Positions 28,591-39,345 are shown, counted from the first letter of the stretch. The stretch is DNA of 64,000 bases from an uncultured Chromatiales bacterium (GCA_964420295.1 CAYQST010000003.1:104759-168758); one strand, 5' to 3'. Notes: generated from the letters alone by a model not told the origin. Numbers and translations are program-made.

Positions 28591-30555
28591 CTACGGCGCC
28601 TCGCGATCTGGAACAAGGGGATCCTCCCCCGTTCTCACCTTTCCCCGTTCTTTCGACATGGAGTGGATATGCGCGGACGTGGAGACCAGGGAGAGGAGTT
28701 CCGCTCGCTTTCCCTCCGGGTCGGGTGCGGTGATCGCGCGAAGTGACTCCATCACGTGCCCGAAGCTCCCGGCACCCCGATGCGGAGAATCCCGCAGAAG
28801 CATCGCCCATTCGGCGATGGCCGCAGAAAGGCGAAGATTGTCCGTGAGAGGAGACGAGGGGTTCCAGTCAATCGGGATCTCCCGCTTCACGCTGGTGCCA
28901 TTGACCACAGTCTTGTAGCGGGATTTGAGGGTAGCGAGTTCCGCTGATCCCTGCCGAGGTGTCGAGATTTGGTATTTCAGGGAATCCACTGTGCGCCCCG
29001 ACCCAGACGCGGAGGTCGGAATGATTTCGTACAGGGCCGTGACGCGGTGTCCCAGGCCCAGTTCGCCGGCATCCTTTGCATCGTCGTTGAAGTCTTCGCT
29101 TTCCAGCATCCGATTCTCATATCCAATGAGACGGTACTCCTTTACCATCGCGGGATTGAACTCCACCTGGAGCTTCACGTCGCGGGCAAGGACGTACATG
29201 GTTCCGGCAAACTGTGTGCCCAGAACCCGTCTCGCTTCTTCGAAGCTGTCAATGTAGGAGTAGTTTCCGTCGCCCTTATCGGCCAGGAGTTCCATGAGAT
29301 CGTCCCTGATGTTGCCGGTCCCGAATCCAAGTACGGATAGAGTGACACCGGACTTCCGCTTCCTTTCCACCAGACGAACCAGTTCGTCGTTGGAAGTGAC
29401 GCCCACGTTGAAATCCCCGTCCGTCGCTAGCACCACGCGGTTGTTCCCTTCCTTCAGGAAGTTGCGTTCCGCGATATGATAGGCCAGGGTGATGCCCGCG
29501 TTTCCATGCGTGGAGCCTCCCGAGGTGAGCTGATCGATGGCCTGATGGATCCTATCCTTGTACCGTCCCGAGGTCGGCGGAAGCACGCATCCGGCCGCGC
29601 CGGCATAGACGACGAGGGACACCTGATCCTCTTCTCGCAGCTCGTCGACCAGCACATGAAAGGCCCGTTGGAGGAGGGGCAGTTTCTGAGGGTCGTTCAT
29701 CGATCCCGAGACATCGATAAGAAAGACGATGTGAGATGGCGGAAGAGACGCTTTATCGATCGTGCGCGCACGGAGACCGATGAGCAACAGACGATGTTCC
29801 GGATTCCAGGGACAGGGTCCTGTTTCCGTGCTCATCGAATATGGATCTTCACCGCTCGGCTCAGGATAGTCATAGGTGAAGGAATTGATCATTTCCTCTG
29901 AGCGGATGGATCCCGGAGGAGGGAGTTCGCCCGAACGCAGAAGGCGTCTGATATTGGCATAGGATGCGTTATCCACATCGATGGAAAAGGTGGACAGGGG
30001 GTGAGCACCAACTCCGAGGAACCCATTGTCCTGAAACGCGGCATAGCGCTCTCCTGCAGGCACCCATGGAGCAATGGCTCTGTCTGCCGCAGTCCGTGGT
30101 GACCCTTTGGAAAAGCCTGCGGATGAATGTGCGGGTGACACACCAGAGGGAGCATTCAAGGACATGCTCAGCATGGGACGGCCATCCTCTTCGTCTCGAT
30201 GGGTGGATTCCGGGAAGAGCGCCACATTCCATACCACATCCCCCCCATGAACAGGGAGAGATCCTTCCTCGACTGTCCGATATCCCGGTGCGGAAAACCG
30301 CACGGCTCCGCTACTGGTCGCAGACAGGGCCAATCGATACCGCCCCTCGTGATCAGCGCGAACCGAGACTCGAGACGACACACTCGATATTTCGGCGAGA
30401 GGGATCGGATCTCCTGTCATGGCATCGGTCACCACTCCCGAAAGAGTGGCTTCCGGGAATCCTGAGGATGATCGCGACCACGACGATCCGTCAAAGGAAA
30501 AGAGTGCAAGCACCAGGCTCGCGGGAATCATCACCATTGCCATCGAATGTGCCAT
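28591..30555 (-). CDS. von Willebrand factor type A domain protein (YfbK-like), secreted
   Basis: 654 aa. MIDAS motif IVFLIDVSGSMND. CarbopepD-like N-domain. C-terminal DUF3520-like region. Confidence 0.75.
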   Translation of the reverse strand: MAHSMAMVMIPASLVLALFSFDGSSWSRSSSGFPEATLSGVVTDAMTGDPIPLAEISSVSSRVSVRADHEGRYRLALSATSSGAVRFSAPGYRTVEEGSLPVHGGDVVWNVALFPESTHRDEEDGRPMLSMSLNAPSGVSPAHSSAGFSKGSPRTAADRAIAPWVPAGERYAAFQDNGFLGVGAHPLSTFSIDVDNASYANIRRLLRSGELPPPGSIRSEEMINSFTYDYPEPSGEDPYSMSTETGPCPWNPEHRLLLIGLRARTIDKASLPPSHIVFLIDVSGSMNDPQKLPLLQRAFHVLVDELREEDQVSLVVYAGAAGCVLPPTSGRYKDRIHQAIDQLTSGGSTHGNAGITLAYHIAERNFLKEGNNRVVLATDGDFNVGVTSNDELVRLVERKRKSGVTLSVLGFGTGNIRDDLMELLADKGDGNYSYIDSFEEARRVLGTQFAGTMYVLARDVKLQVEFNPAMVKEYRLIGYENRMLESEDFNDDAKDAGELGLGHRVTALYEIIPTSASGSGRTVDSLKYQISTPRQGSAELATLKSRYKTVVNGTSVKREIPIDWNPSSPLTDNLRLSAAIAEWAMLLRDSPHRGAGSFGHVMESLRAITAPDPEGKRAELLSLVSTSAHIHSMSKERGKVRTGEDPLVPDREAP

Positions 30556-30648
30556 GGCCCACCCTCCGTTTTCGTGAGAAGAAACCGATATGGTTCCGAT
30601 CTCTCGATCGGGAGGATTGTTCCGAGTACCGCAGTTTTACCCCGACAG

Positions 30649-30753
30649 GACCGGTGAGGCATTGTCAAGACCGGTGAGGCATTGTCAAGACCGGTGAGGC
30701 ATTGTCAAGACCGGTGAGGCATTGTCAGGACCGGTGAGGCATTGTCAGGACCG
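30649..30753. repeat. Tandem direct repeat, 20-bp unit GACCGGTGAGGCATTGTCAR x5.25
   Basis: Read directly from the sequence: four identical units plus variants ending in G. It abuts the DedA stop codon and lies 94-200 bp upstream of the vWA gene start. Confidence 0.9.
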
Positions 30754-31389
30754 ACGATGTCTCAGATACTCGACGACGGCAGGAACGAGAGAGAGCAGAA
30801 TGATGGCGAAGACGACGAGACTGAAATTGGAACGGACGAAAGGAAGATTCCCGAAAAAGTATCCGGCAAAAAGGAAGAGCACGACCCACAGAACTCCACC
30901 GATCACGTTATAGGCCAGGAACCTGGTATAGGACATCGTTCCCACTCCGGCAACGAAGGGGGCAAAGGTGCGCACGATAGGGACGAAACGGGCGATGATG
31001 ATGGTTTTTCCACCATGCTTCTCATAAAAGGCGTGCGTTTTGTCCAGGTGCTTCTTCTTGAGAATCCTTGAATTTTCGTGGAAGGCCTTCTCGCCAAATT
31101 TATCTCCAATCCAATAATTGACGGTATCTCCCAGAATAGCCGCCACAGTCAGGATTGCCAGGCAAACCCAGATATCCAGAGCCCCGATAGCCGCCATGGA
31201 CCCTACCGCGAAGAGTAGGGAGTCTCCCGGTAGGAAAGGAGTGACCACCAGCCCCGTTTCGCAAAAGATGATCAGGAAGAGGATCGCATAGGTCCAGGTA
31301 CCGTAGTCCCGTCCGATTTCGATGAGATGACGGTCGATATGTAAGACGAATTCGTACAAAAACTGAAGAAATTCCATAGATCCTCTCAT
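30745..31389 (-). CDS. DedA-family membrane protein
   Basis: 214 aa. DedA/SNARE-associated motifs ([35 protein letters not shown]). Confidence 0.8.
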   Translation of the reverse strand: MRGSMEFLQFLYEFVLHIDRHLIEIGRDYGTWTYAILFLIIFCETGLVVTPFLPGDSLLFAVGSMAAIGALDIWVCLAILTVAAILGDTVNYWIGDKFGEKAFHENSRILKKKHLDKTHAFYEKHGGKTIIIARFVPIVRTFAPFVAGVGTMSYTRFLAYNVIGGVLWVVLFLFAGYFFGNLPFVRSNFSLVVFAIILLSLVPAVVEYLRHRRS

Positions 31390-31555
31390 TGCAGGAATGT
31401 TTCAATATACCCAACCACAGGGAGAACCCTATGGTTTCTTGTTGCAATTTCTGCAATGCTCTGCAACATCCTCCTTGAAGCTGGGACTGAAATTTTCAAG
31501 ATTGCGTCTGTTCACGGAGAACTTCAGCAACCCTGTCATCATCGGAGCCCGGACC

Positions 31556-32557
31556 ATGCGTTTCAAGACACTGCTTCCCATCCTTATCGCCCTGCTGGCG
31601 CTGGGAAACACCGGCATGGCCCAGAAGGATTCTCTCAACAGCTTGCTCGCCGGTTTGACGAAAAAGAACATCGAAGGATATATCCAGCCGCTCTTTACCA
31701 CCTTCGCGGAAGGCATCAATTCTAACCTGTTCACCTCCGCCTACCATGAAAACCGCTGGAGCTTCGGAATCGACTTTTCCGAGCAACTGATGGTGATTCC
31801 CTCGAGCCAGCGCACGTATACCGCCGAGCTTCCGGAGTATTTCGGCGATCCCAATCGGGTACAAACCGTGGAAGAGTATAACGGTCAGATTATCCGTAAC
31901 AGCACCAGCACGAAGCAGCCGACTGTGTTCGGGGGGCAGTCCCACGCTGTCTTCGCGGTGATGCAGGACACGACGCAGGCATCGGCCTCCATTACATTTC
32001 CCGGAGGCAACAACATCGACGCCCTTCCCAATATCCCGATCGTCCAGCTTCTGTTCGGACTTCCAACCCGCACGCAGCTTCGATTTCGCCTGGTGCCGCT
32101 TTCCGTCGGCAAGCCGACACGGAACATCCTGTACATGAACATTGGGCTGGATCAGCAGATCGATACCTGGTTCAGCAACAGTCGGCAGAGAAGTTCCTTC
32201 GCCCTCGCGGTTCATGCGGCATATTCCGTGGTCAGCGTGTCAGACTTGATGGATTCTCGTGCGTTCGCGGTGGGTATTCACGGCAGTTATTCTCCCGTTC
32301 CAACGTTTTCTCTCTTTGCCGGGGCCCAGTATGAGCAGATGAAGGGAACCGTGCATTATCTGAGCACGCAGTCGGCGTACTACGATGGGCAGGACCACGT
32401 GTACTCGACTGAAGTGGAAGCGAACCTGGAAAGCGCCAATCACTTCCGCGTGGTAGGTGGTATGACCTATCGGGTCTCGTTTATCGAATTCCATGTCCAC
32501 GGCGCGTACGCCGTGCAGCCCGTGATTTCTGCGGGCTTTTCGTTCTGGCTTTTCTAA
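31556..32557 (+). CDS. Hypothetical outer-membrane beta-barrel protein
   Basis: 333 aa from MRFKTLLPILIALLAL (signal peptide). Alternating amphipathic strands and a C-terminal aromatic (FSFWLF). The track ORF starts 159 nt upstream, at 31397. Confidence 0.5.
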   Translation: MRFKTLLPILIALLALGNTGMAQKDSLNSLLAGLTKKNIEGYIQPLFTTFAEGINSNLFTSAYHENRWSFGIDFSEQLMVIPSSQRTYTAELPEYFGDPNRVQTVEEYNGQIIRNSTSTKQPTVFGGQSHAVFAVMQDTTQASASITFPGGNNIDALPNIPIVQLLFGLPTRTQLRFRLVPLSVGKPTRNILYMNIGLDQQIDTWFSNSRQRSSFALAVHAAYSVVSVSDLMDSRAFAVGIHGSYSPVPTFSLFAGAQYEQMKGTVHYLSTQSAYYDGQDHVYSTEVEANLESANHFRVVGGMTYRVSFIEFHVHGAYAVQPVISAGFSFWLF

Positions 32558-32581
32558 TCACCAAAGACCCAGGAGGTCGCC

Positions 32582-33151
32582 GTGAGACGTATTATACAGG
32601 TCATGCTCCTTTCGGCTCTTGTTGTCGCACCGTTTCTTTTGACGAGCTGTGACATGGTTCAGGACATTCGCACCGTACGCGTCATGCTCACTGAACGCAA
32701 GCAGTTCGCCACCACCCATTCCTCCGTTCCCTGCGTCAAGGAGGAGTTCGTGGATCTCCAGGTTCACGACGCGTATCGCGAATACCGCAGCAAGATCGAA
32801 GATGCGGAATTTGTGGACATTGCGATCAATGTGCGCAATTATGCCGCCACCAACAGCCCGTCTATCGACGACGCGGTGCTGTCGAAGGTGAGTTTTTCGA
32901 TTCGTTTCGAAAATGAGAGCGAAGAGTTCAAACTCGCGGAATTTCGGAACGTGCGCATTAAGGATTTCTATCTGAAGCCTCAGATCATGAAGGTGGCCGC
33001 TGCCGAGGCCAATCGGGTGGCCCGACTCGTGAAGAACCGTCCCCGCTTCTATCTGATTCAGCGTATCGATGGCGTAACCTCGGGTGAAGGACGCTTCGAC
33101 AGCTTCGCCCTCGACGCAGAAGTAAGCGTGGCTCTCGAAACCAAGCTCTAG
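32582..33151 (+). CDS. Hypothetical lipoprotein
   Basis: 189 aa. Signal peptide plus lipobox (LLTSC). Confidence 0.5.
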   Translation: MRRIIQVMLLSALVVAPFLLTSCDMVQDIRTVRVMLTERKQFATTHSSVPCVKEEFVDLQVHDAYREYRSKIEDAEFVDIAINVRNYAATNSPSIDDAVLSKVSFSIRFENESEEFKLAEFRNVRIKDFYLKPQIMKVAAAEANRVARLVKNRPRFYLIQRIDGVTSGEGRFDSFALDAEVSVALETKL

Positions 33152-33172
33152 GATTTTTCATCCGCTCGCTCC

Positions 33173-33210
33173 GGCCGCTCCCACGATAGCGTGGGAGCGG
33201 CCTTTTTTCT
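33173..33210 (+). terminator. Rho-independent terminator
   Basis: ggccgctcccacg-atag-cgtgggagcggcc (13-bp stem) followed by TTTTTT. Confidence 0.8.
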
Positions 33211-33366
33211 TTGGGCATTTCATTTTCCACGCTGTCGTTTGGGATTGATTTCATCGCGTCCCGAATGAAAGTTGCATCGGTCAATTCCCCACTGATCGAT
33301 GCACGGATCTCCCTGTCCGGGAGATCCGCATCGTGATTCGATCTCTTTCACCACTAGGGAGGTGTC

Positions 33367-36168
33367 ATGAAAAGATCCTTGGGACCATTCGGTACCCATA
33401 TCCTCATTGTCCTCATCATGAGTATTCTCGGAGCGACGGCAACGCTTCGAGCAGCGATGTTCGAGTCCGTAGCCAGCGGAAACTGGAGTCAAACTTCGAC
33501 GTGGAACTCGAAAACGCTCCCCGGCCCCGGAGATACCGTGATTGTGACCGCACACGACGTCATTCTGGATTGTTCGGCCACCATTTCTCTGCTCTTGATC
33601 GGATCCCAGGGTCCGAGCAGCGTGGAATTCGATGCCATCGGCATTTCTCGCATCCTCCAGATCGAGACACGACTGGAAATTGCCCCTGGCTCGCGCTTCG
33701 ATTCGCCTCTCATCGGCATCCCCACCATGCATACGCTTCGCCTCCTCGGCGACCTTGTCAACCACGGTTTCCTGCATCTCGATCGCAACAACTCGATGCC
33801 GTGTATTCTCACTCTTGAGGGTTCCGCTGCTCAGACATTGGAGGGTACGGGTCCATGGACCATCCTGTCCTCGGTGCGCCTCGAGAAGAGCGGCCCATCC
33901 AATCCGGTTCTCTGCCGTCTTTCCATCACTTCGTCCAACGTGCCCTGGCACTTCATCCGCGGCACGTGGATCCAGGCCGATGGTACCCTGCTGCTCACAT
34001 CGGATCAGAGAGTAGGTCCCGACTGCCACATTGAAGTTCAGGCGGGGGGACTCCTCGATCTTCGCCAGGGCACGCTTCACCTCCAGGGAGAATTGAGACT
34101 GACTCCCTCAGGAGTGGTGGATATCGGCATCGAGGGTGCAGGTTCGCTCGTGATGGAGGGGCCTGGAACCGGTGCACGCCTCGATTGCGACGGAGGCCTG
34201 GTACGCGTCCACTCCGGAGCCCTGCATGCCCACGCCGGGGTCGTGGATATCACGGCAGGCATGGTAACCCTGAGCCCACGTACCGCCTTCGGGGGGATCT
34301 CCCTCGGCGTCCCTGTTTTGTTGGTTGATTCCAGCGCCCAATGGCTTATGTCCGGCGGCCTCCTTCGCGTGGTCGATCCCAATGGAAACCATGGTCCCTT
34401 GGCAGACCTGTGCATTGGAGGGAATGGAAGCCATTCCATCACAGGTGGATGCATCTGTCTGGGGGATGAGACAAGTGGAGACCTCACAGGCGCCCCCTTT
34501 TCCATCGCGTCCACTGTCATGTTCCCTCAGGTGAGTGTCATGACCCTTGGACGGAATGTGGAGCTTTTCACGACACTCATCATTGCCGAGCGTCTCGATC
34601 TGGTGTCCGGAACGATCGGGAACTGCTCCAATCCACTCGCGCTCATGGCGAATGCGCAGGTCCATCAGCAGGATGGCACGCTTGCCTGCCCTCCCCTTTT
34701 TGACACCTCCGTTCGACTTTGGTATGAAGCCAACGGACCTGTGGTCACCGGGCCAGAATGGCCCTCCTTGCCGGTAGAGGTGACCGAGCTTCTTGTAGAT
34801 ACGCCTTCGGGATTGATATTGGATCAAGATGCCCGTATCACCCAGGCCCTGACGCTTCGTTCCGGAGGGTTCGACTGCGACGGAGCAGCAGGCACCGTGC
34901 AATGTCGACTCTCGCACGGGTGTCGCATTCGACGGGAGCAGGGCTCATTGGTTGGAATCCCGTATCACGAAGGCGATCCGCAGGTGGAGTACTCGGGTAC
35001 CATCGCCGCAGGAACAGGTGAAGAGGTTCCGCCATCCGGTCGGGTCGGCTCCTTCGAGGCATACGGGGGAGCGGAGATTTCCCTTTCCCGCGATATCGAC
35101 GTCGCAGACAGTGCGGTGTTCGCTACCGCGCTCGTGGACCTTTCCTCCTTCGTGTTCCGGCTTGCCGATGGAGCGTGCTGGAAGGAAGATGATTTCTCTC
35201 GCTTCGTGTCGAATGGTGGATGGATCGAGGCCGAGCGCGATCTCACTCTCGGCTTCGAAAACAATGTTGCCGGGCTGGGATTGGATGTGGAGCAACCTTC
35301 GGGAGTCCTGGGGCCAAGCCAGATTAGGCGGACTCACGACGCGGTGATCGTGGGAGGTCAGCCAGGCATAGGACGCGTTTTTGAACTGACGAGCGGATCA
35401 TCGGTAATGGTCGGCCCCGTACTTCACTACCTCCCTTCTGAGGTGCAGGGACTGTCCCCAGGACACCTGACAGGCTATGTATCCCTGGACGGAGGGGCAA
35501 CCTGGACCAGTGATCCGGGAGCGACCGTGGATTCGGTGACGAACACGATTCACTTCTCTCCGCTGCATCCCCCCTTTCGCATCACCGGAGGACGTATCCA
35601 ACCCCAGCCTGTGGAGCTGATTGCGTTTTCGGGACGGCGCCTCGACGAGAAACATGTACGTCTGACGTGGAGAACCGCAACCGAGACCAATTGCGAGGGA
35701 TTTTTCGTTGAACGCCGAGAGGGCGAGGCCTGGGTGGAACGTCGTTTTCTTGAAGGCCAGGGAACGACATCCCATCCACACGAGTATAGGATCGATGATG
35801 TGGTGGACCATCCCTTCACAAGCACCTATCGCCTGCGGCAGGTGGATCGCGATGGCACGATCCATTGGAGCCCTGAACTCGTCGTCGAAGGATGGGGAGG
35901 CCATCGTACTCCCTTCACGGTCTATCCCACCAGGACCACAGGGTTCCTGACTCTGGTTCTCCCAACACCGGAAAGCAGGCTTGCGGGCATTCGTGTCATA
36001 GACCTTTTGGGTCGCCCTGTCCACGACGAATGGGTGGACCCGGTGATGTCGTCGGCCTCGCATTCGCTCTACCTGCCAGAACTTCCTCGCGGATCCTATA
36101 TCCTGCACTGTCTATGGCGAAACAGGGAGCACGTGGAAGTGGATTGGGCGCGAATCATCCTCGAATAG
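33367..36168 (+). CDS. Large secreted protein with T9SS C-terminal sorting domain
   Basis: 933 aa. Signal peptide. Gly/Thr-rich beta-helix-like body. An Fn3-like pre-CTD module (VRLTWRTATE..FFVERRE..YRLRQVDRDGT). Type-A CTD (LLGRPV..LPELPRGSYILH). Confidence 0.65.
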   Translation: MKRSLGPFGTHILIVLIMSILGATATLRAAMFESVASGNWSQTSTWNSKTLPGPGDTVIVTAHDVILDCSATISLLLIGSQGPSSVEFDAIGISRILQIETRLEIAPGSRFDSPLIGIPTMHTLRLLGDLVNHGFLHLDRNNSMPCILTLEGSAAQTLEGTGPWTILSSVRLEKSGPSNPVLCRLSITSSNVPWHFIRGTWIQADGTLLLTSDQRVGPDCHIEVQAGGLLDLRQGTLHLQGELRLTPSGVVDIGIEGAGSLVMEGPGTGARLDCDGGLVRVHSGALHAHAGVVDITAGMVTLSPRTAFGGISLGVPVLLVDSSAQWLMSGGLLRVVDPNGNHGPLADLCIGGNGSHSITGGCICLGDETSGDLTGAPFSIASTVMFPQVSVMTLGRNVELFTTLIIAERLDLVSGTIGNCSNPLALMANAQVHQQDGTLACPPLFDTSVRLWYEANGPVVTGPEWPSLPVEVTELLVDTPSGLILDQDARITQALTLRSGGFDCDGAAGTVQCRLSHGCRIRREQGSLVGIPYHEGDPQVEYSGTIAAGTGEEVPPSGRVGSFEAYGGAEISLSRDIDVADSAVFATALVDLSSFVFRLADGACWKEDDFSRFVSNGGWIEAERDLTLGFENNVAGLGLDVEQPSGVLGPSQIRRTHDAVIVGGQPGIGRVFELTSGSSVMVGPVLHYLPSEVQGLSPGHLTGYVSLDGGATWTSDPGATVDSVTNTIHFSPLHPPFRITGGRIQPQPVELIAFSGRRLDEKHVRLTWRTATETNCEGFFVERREGEAWVERRFLEGQGTTSHPHEYRIDDVVDHPFTSTYRLRQVDRDGTIHWSPELVVEGWGGHRTPFTVYPTRTTGFLTLVLPTPESRLAGIRVIDLLGRPVHDEWVDPVMSSASHSLYLPELPRGSYILHCLWRNREHVEVDWARIILE

Positions 36169-36260
36169 CGGAGAGACCTGAACCACAGCACGGCACTCGC
36201 CAGGTACGACTTATGCTGATCTCCTTTCGCAGCAGACCCATGCGATGGTCGTGCCGTGGG

Positions 36261-38549
36261 TCAGAATTCGTAGGTCACACCGAACACCGGAAGAATGCTC
36301 CATTGATAGACATGGTCCGGAGTGTTCGTGCTCTGATTCCAGAACGCGGTGGCGACATTTTTTCTGTCGTAGACGTTCCACACGCTCAGCCATGCCACGA
36401 TGTCACTTCGCTGAAAATGGAATCGGCGGTCCACTCTCAGATTCAATGAGTGGAAATCCGGCAGGCGCGTGCTATTGACACGGGTCTCATCGAGCACGGC
36501 CCGATTCAAGGCCATCGATGCAGGCATATCGAACGGGGTGGTTGGCCGACCTCCGGCATAGACCCAGCGGAGACTGCATTCCCATTGTTCCGATGGTTTG
36601 TAACCACCCTCCACGCCCAGGGTCACGCGATTGTCATACACACGGGGACGCCAGATCCCATCTCCACCTCTGTATTCCGAACGTGACCAAGAGGCCGTTA
36701 CCAGTCCATAGACATCTCGTGCCAGCTTCTTTTGCACCGTTGCCTCGATCCCATAGGCCCGGGCCCGTCCCTCGAAGTGCATCGTCGGGTGGGCGAAATA
36801 GAATCCGTATCGGTCGTAGATCTCATCGAGAAGAAAGAGGACGGGCTGTCCGGGATCGATCGGACAGTGCTCGGTGGATTTCAGGTAGCCCTCGACGACG
36901 AGTTTCGTGTCTTCGGTGAGGAGATGTCGCAGAGAGAGAATTCCCTGCATGGATCGCAATGGGTCCGCCGTTCGAGCCTGCTCGGAGAAGGCCTGCATGA
37001 TCGCCGGGAGGGATTGGTGATAGATGCCGGTGATCAACGAGGCCGAGGTACCGGGCACGATCTCCCAAGTCAGTTGTCCTCTCGGTGAGATCACCCATTC
37101 CCCCGTCTCCGGGAATCGATCGCTTCTCGCACCGATTGCCAGGGTGAGTCCGGAGCTCAATTTCCACTGCGTGTCGACAAAGAACCCGATCCCCGTGACA
37201 TCGCGGGTGGCATCAAGGATCAGGGCCTGGGTGCTGTCTCCGAAAGCGCTGGTGTACGCACCGTACTCGGTGACGTAGGAAGCATGACGTCTTTGTATGA
37301 CGATTCCCCCGTTCAGCAGGACCGATGCCGTGGGCTGGATTTCCGACTCGTGGCGGATGGTCTCCATCGATTCTCGTGCATCATTGCGCATCAGAGGGAG
37401 ACTTTGACCTGTTTCGCGATAATCGTTGTCCATGGAGGAAAATGTGGTGGACAGCGTGGTAGTGCTGATCCATCGTGAGGACCACATCGCATGCCAACGT
37501 GCGCCCAGCGCTCCGCTGACGATATCGTCCCTCCCATAAAACAAACTTTTCTCTCGGATCGCGCCCTCCCGATCGGATTCGATATGGTCATCTCCAACAA
37601 CGCCGAGCAAGGAGATGGCATGCCCTTCGAAAGGGCGGAAGGACAGTTTGGATTGGACGTCCCCATACCGTGGTGCGAAGGGAATGTCGCCAAGTCCGGC
37701 ATCAACCACCAGATCAAGGTAGCTACGGCGTACCGACACCAACACCGTTCCGTCGGGCAAGGGGAGCGGGCCCTCGGCAACGGCACCGAATCCCATCAGG
37801 TTCGCATCGAGCTTGCCGCTCCATCGCTCGGCATTCCCCTTCCGCAGGGTAATGTCCATGACCGAGGATATCCTGCTCCCGAACCGTGGACTGAAGCCCC
37901 CGCAGGTGAATTCGAGCTGGTCCACCAGATCGAGATTCAGGATGCTCAGTCCCCCCGCGCTGGTGCCCTGCACCGGGAAGTGGTTGAGATTGGGAATTTC
38001 GATGTCATCAATAAACACTGCGTTCTCGGCGGGACTCCCGCCACGCACGGCCAGAGCATTGCTCTGTTCATCCAGCTTCGCCACGCCTGGAAGGATGTTC
38101 ACGATCCGGCCGGGGTCGCCGAAGGATCCTGGCGATCGTCGAATTTCTTCATTCGCAAAAGCCATGGCGGACAGTGGAGCATCGGGAGTGTCCGAAAACC
38201 ATGATGCCGTCACTACCTGTTCATCCAGAGCCACGGGATCGGGTTCGAGTTCCACATCGATCTGTGAACCTTGTCCTGGACGGAGAACAAGATCGGTACG
38301 TACCCGGGTACGATATCCGATGCTGCTCACCCGCAAAGATCGGACTCCTGCCGGAATGTTGGAGAGGAGAAATCGACCCTCGCCATCGGTGGACGTTCCG
38401 AGGCTCGTGCCCTCGATCTGTACGGTTGCTCCGGGAATCGGAGCATGGGTTGATGCATCGGTGATGATCCCACGAAGATGTCCCTGCTGAGCCTGAGCCG
38501 CAAGCACGGGGAGCACCATGCACCACATCAGAATTCCTCTCACTGTCAT
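36261..38549 (-). CDS. TonB-dependent receptor with N-terminal CarbopepD-regulatory-like domain
   Basis: 762 aa. Signal peptide, CarbopepD_reg (GIITDAS..PIPGATVQIEGT), plug domain, and a terminal ...TYEF beta-barrel end. Confidence 0.85.
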   Translation of the reverse strand: MTVRGILMWCMVLPVLAAQAQQGHLRGIITDASTHAPIPGATVQIEGTSLGTSTDGEGRFLLSNIPAGVRSLRVSSIGYRTRVRTDLVLRPGQGSQIDVELEPDPVALDEQVVTASWFSDTPDAPLSAMAFANEEIRRSPGSFGDPGRIVNILPGVAKLDEQSNALAVRGGSPAENAVFIDDIEIPNLNHFPVQGTSAGGLSILNLDLVDQLEFTCGGFSPRFGSRISSVMDITLRKGNAERWSGKLDANLMGFGAVAEGPLPLPDGTVLVSVRRSYLDLVVDAGLGDIPFAPRYGDVQSKLSFRPFEGHAISLLGVVGDDHIESDREGAIREKSLFYGRDDIVSGALGARWHAMWSSRWISTTTLSTTFSSMDNDYRETGQSLPLMRNDARESMETIRHESEIQPTASVLLNGGIVIQRRHASYVTEYGAYTSAFGDSTQALILDATRDVTGIGFFVDTQWKLSSGLTLAIGARSDRFPETGEWVISPRGQLTWEIVPGTSASLITGIYHQSLPAIMQAFSEQARTADPLRSMQGILSLRHLLTEDTKLVVEGYLKSTEHCPIDPGQPVLFLLDEIYDRYGFYFAHPTMHFEGRARAYGIEATVQKKLARDVYGLVTASWSRSEYRGGDGIWRPRVYDNRVTLGVEGGYKPSEQWECSLRWVYAGGRPTTPFDMPASMALNRAVLDETRVNSTRLPDFHSLNLRVDRRFHFQRSDIVAWLSVWNVYDRKNVATAFWNQSTNTPDHVYQWSILPVFGVTYEF

Positions 38550-38648
38550 TCTTCACTCCACATCGATGAACCATACCTGCGCCACGAATGTGACACCGTA
38601 CAAAGGTGCGTGGAGTTCATGAACCGCGCGTTAACGAATGCTAAGAAA

Positions 38649-39230
38649 TCAATCGGCGTCGATCGGAGAACGCGAGCTGCGGATTCGGCTCAGGGAGACC
38701 GGTGAAATCCCCAGGTAGGATGCCACGTGGTACTGGGCGATACGGGTTTCGAGACCGGGATACTCGGTACGAAACCGCCGGTAGCGCTGTTCCGCCGTTT
38801 CGGTGAGCATGAGTTCCCGAGAGATCTTCACGCGCAATTCCCGATGCGTGATCGCATGCGCCCAGCGTTGAAGATCGGGCCATTGTGCTCTCACCTGCTC
38901 GAAGTGTCGCGCATCGATTTCCAGGATGTCCGTTTCGATCAGGGCCTGGTACTGAATGGTGGACCTTCCCTGCACGGTACGAAGGAACCAGGGCATCAGA
39001 ACCTGGTCGTCCGAATAGAAGGAGACATTGACCTCCTCGCCCGACTGGGTCACATAAAATCCCCGAATGACACCGCGAATGACGAAGACTTCGAACGGGT
39101 AGAGATCACCCAAGGTGACGAGACTCTGGTTCCGTTCGAGACGGCGGGATCGCGTCATCGAGGATAGCTCTTCCCAGATGCGATCCGGCAGGATGACGTC
39201 CCGTTCGATATTCGCGCGAAAGGCCTGCAT
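38649..39230 (-). CDS. Crp/Fnr-family transcriptional regulator
   Basis: 193 aa. cNMP-binding beta-roll and C-terminal HTH (VASYLGISPVSLSRIR). Confidence 0.8.
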   Translation of the reverse strand: MQAFRANIERDVILPDRIWEELSSMTRSRRLERNQSLVTLGDLYPFEVFVIRGVIRGFYVTQSGEEVNVSFYSDDQVLMPWFLRTVQGRSTIQYQALIETDILEIDARHFEQVRAQWPDLQRWAHAITHRELRVKISRELMLTETAEQRYRRFRTEYPGLETRIAQYHVASYLGISPVSLSRIRSSRSPIDAD

Positions 39231-39345
39231 ACCGATCTCCGAGTGAGGTCAGCACGAAAAGTAGCAATTTCCGCTTTCGATTGTCTGCCCCTTTCTCCGC
39301 ACGTGCCGACGTCGTAGATTCGGAAACACGCCCAGGAGAGAACCC

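Noticed and set aside
30649-30753. CRISPR array hypothesis for the 20-bp repeats
   Set aside because: The units are directly abutting with no spacers, there are no cas genes nearby, and the unit length is too short. It is a tandem repeat, not CRISPR.
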